Below are positions 49,653 through 51,125 of a DNA stretch of 51,125 nt, piece by piece. Source of the stretch: Chloroherpeton thalassium (GTDB taxonomy: Bacteria; Bacteroidota; Ignavibacteria; Kapaibacteriales; UBA2268); the NCBI GenBank assembly GCA_020722095.1, contig DYLM01000006.1, positions 1 through 51,125 on the forward strand, read 5' to 3'. Position numbers and translations under genes: made by a program. Below the pieces are notes generated by a model, which saw only the letters and a list, made by a program, of their open reading frames with translations, was not told the DNA's origin and did not search any database. How positions within the stretch are numbered: position 1 is the first letter of the stretch; every line of letters starts with the position of its first letter.

Positions 49653-50522
49653 ATGAAAATTTCTCTAAAAAAGCCGCTTTTGGGAATATTTGCTTTTCTA
49701 ATTGTATTATTTACAATGCCATTAGGACACGCCGCAATGATTGTTATGGAAAATGTCTTTGGCAAAGAAAATGTTTTTTTCGCTGCAGCAATAGTTGGAT
49801 TTTTGGGAGTAATTCTATTAATATTAGGCATTATGTCGAAAAAAAACACACTTGCGACTTTACTTGGTTTGTTTGGAGGTCTGTTTGTATGGACGGGCTG
49901 GATAGAATTTGCTTTTGTATATTACGCAAATAGGTTCGGTGTTGCTCCGCTAATGCTAAACGGAGAAATAGTCACTAAACCAGAGTACCTAATAATGCCC
50001 TCCTCGGTTGGCTTTTGGTCTATCTTTATGATATTTTACTTTTTTGGAAGTAAGTCGGGCTGTAGGTTCTTCAATTGGTTTCAGAAAAAATTGAAATTGT
50101 CAAATATCTTTGAACTGCAACTAACAATAAAGAACAATGCTTTAACAACATTTATGGAAATAATCCTAATTTTATGGACATTTTATTTGGTATTACTATT
50201 TGCTTATGATAATAATTTTTTTGGTGATCGACACCCTATAACTTATATAGTTGCTTATGGTTCGCTTCTTTGGTCGATAATCTTGTTTGTAAAATTGATA
50301 CGAATTCAAACATTTGATTATGCCATTAAATACTCCATTCCTACGGTTATAATATTTTGGAATTTTGTTGAAGTTATGGGTAGGTGGAATTTCTTTAGTG
50401 AATTCTGGATTGAACCTCATAAATATGGATTTGAGTTACTTCTTTTAACTGTAACTTTGATAATTTTAGCATTTATTGGGATATTTTCTACCCGACATAG
50501 AAAACAATTAAGCAGAAATTAA
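49653..50522 (+). CDS. Conserved hypothetical integral membrane protein (start probably ATG at 49653)
   Basis: About 8 TM helices; MPLGHA, WTGWIEF, TKPEYL.MPSS, W.FVE..GRW. Confidence 0.7.
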   Translation: MKISLKKPLLGIFAFLIVLFTMPLGHAAMIVMENVFGKENVFFAAAIVGFLGVILLILGIMSKKNTLATLLGLFGGLFVWTGWIEFAFVYYANRFGVAPLMLNGEIVTKPEYLIMPSSVGFWSIFMIFYFFGSKSGCRFFNWFQKKLKLSNIFELQLTIKNNALTTFMEIILILWTFYLVLLFAYDNNFFGDRHPITYIVAYGSLLWSIILFVKLIRIQTFDYAIKYSIPTVIIFWNFVEVMGRWNFFSEFWIEPHKYGFELLLLTVTLIILAFIGIFSTRHRKQLSRN

Positions 50523-50581
50523 ATCAGCGGTTTTTATATCTTTCCTGCTCGTCCCCCTGTGGCGACCCGTAGGAGTCGTAA

Positions 50582-50776
50582 TTATTTTATCTTAATAATA
50601 GGAATTTCTAAATCTTTGCAAATTCCTCTTGCGGTATAGGTATTTATCTCTGTATGACGAGGTATTGTTGATGATTTTCGGCTTTCGGGATTAAAATAAA
50701 CCGAATGTCGGCTGCCTTCTCGTTCTAAAATACAGTTATGTAAGACTAACCAAGCAATTAATTCCTTACGTTTCAT
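50582..50776 (-). CDS. hicA: HicA-family toxin
   Basis: MKRKELI..L....C...REGSRHSVY.NP....STIPRH.EI....A..ICK.L. Confidence 0.88.
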   Translation of the reverse strand: MKRKELIAWLVLHNCILEREGSRHSVYFNPESRKSSTIPRHTEINTYTARGICKDLEIPIIKIK

Positions 50777-50985
50777 ATATTTACGAGAATGCTTTCTTCT
50801 ATATATTCAGTACCAAGCTCACGGAAATGATGTTCATTCGACTCAACAATCAGCTGAATTGCCTCTTTCAAATTTTCTCGCACTTCCTCAAGTGTTCTTC
50901 CTTGAGTATTAACACCTGACAATTCCTTGACAGTAGCAGCGTACCATCCGTCTATTTTAACTATTTCTGCAGTGAATTTTTTCAT
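50773..50985 (-). CDS. hicB: Short HicB-family antitoxin (start probably ATG at 50985)
   Basis: WY.A.V.EL.GVNTQGRTLEEVRENLKEAI.LI; 4-bp overlap with hicA. Confidence 0.88.
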   Translation of the reverse strand: MKKFTAEIVKIDGWYAATVKELSGVNTQGRTLEEVRENLKEAIQLIVESNEHHFRELGTEYIEESILVNI

Positions 50986-51125
50986 CGACAAATCCTATAT
51001 ATATTTAAGTAAGACTAATTTAGTGAAAAATTATTTTACCTTTTCAGCTCTCGCTTGCGGTGGGCTTTGGATCTTCGCCCCACTAATTGAGTTCAATTAT
51101 AATTCCTAACTCCCAATTCGTAATT

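Noticed and set aside
679-51109. The many 60-120 aa ORFs in the track that overlap long genes on the opposite strand or in alternate frames
   Set aside because: Shadow ORFs of well-supported genes, with no motifs or independent start signals.

Overview
AT-rich bacterial chromosome segment from the FCB superphylum, most consistent with Ignavibacteria/Ca. Kapabacteria. This placement is an inference from T9SS C-terminal sorting domains, TAnnTTTG -7 promoters, a mitochondrial-type aconitase and Shine-Dalgarno use. Housekeeping genes (aconitase, polA, cdsA, thiN, Omp85, mfd, surE, rseP, rne/rng, SRP RNA, secD, secF) surround two more interesting blocks. (1) A nitric-oxide/iron module at 10.9-17.3 kb: a 3-Cys Rrf2 regulator with a visible palindromic site (AAATACTAC-N6-GTAGTATTT) ahead of itself and ahead of a divergent qNOR. 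These are followed by an unusual signal-less fusion (ferredoxin + DUF1858-like + DUF2249-like + type II solute-binding fold) and a His-bearing PepSY-TM protein. (2) A surface operon at 17.3-29.4 kb: double-OmpA protein, DUF1800, Tat+T9SS DUF1501, a 1671-aa LamG/Ig/cohesin-like T9SS protein and a UvrD-like helicase. Intergenic DNA holds a modular family of MITE/REP-like elements sharing the terminus AGAGGCTGTCTCATAAGTC. Two gene remnants missing from the ORF track were found (SulP with an internal deletion, LysE N-terminus), and a hicB-hicA pair closes the window. No tRNA, rRNA, CRISPR array or transposase was seen. All family assignments come from motif recognition by eye, not database searches.
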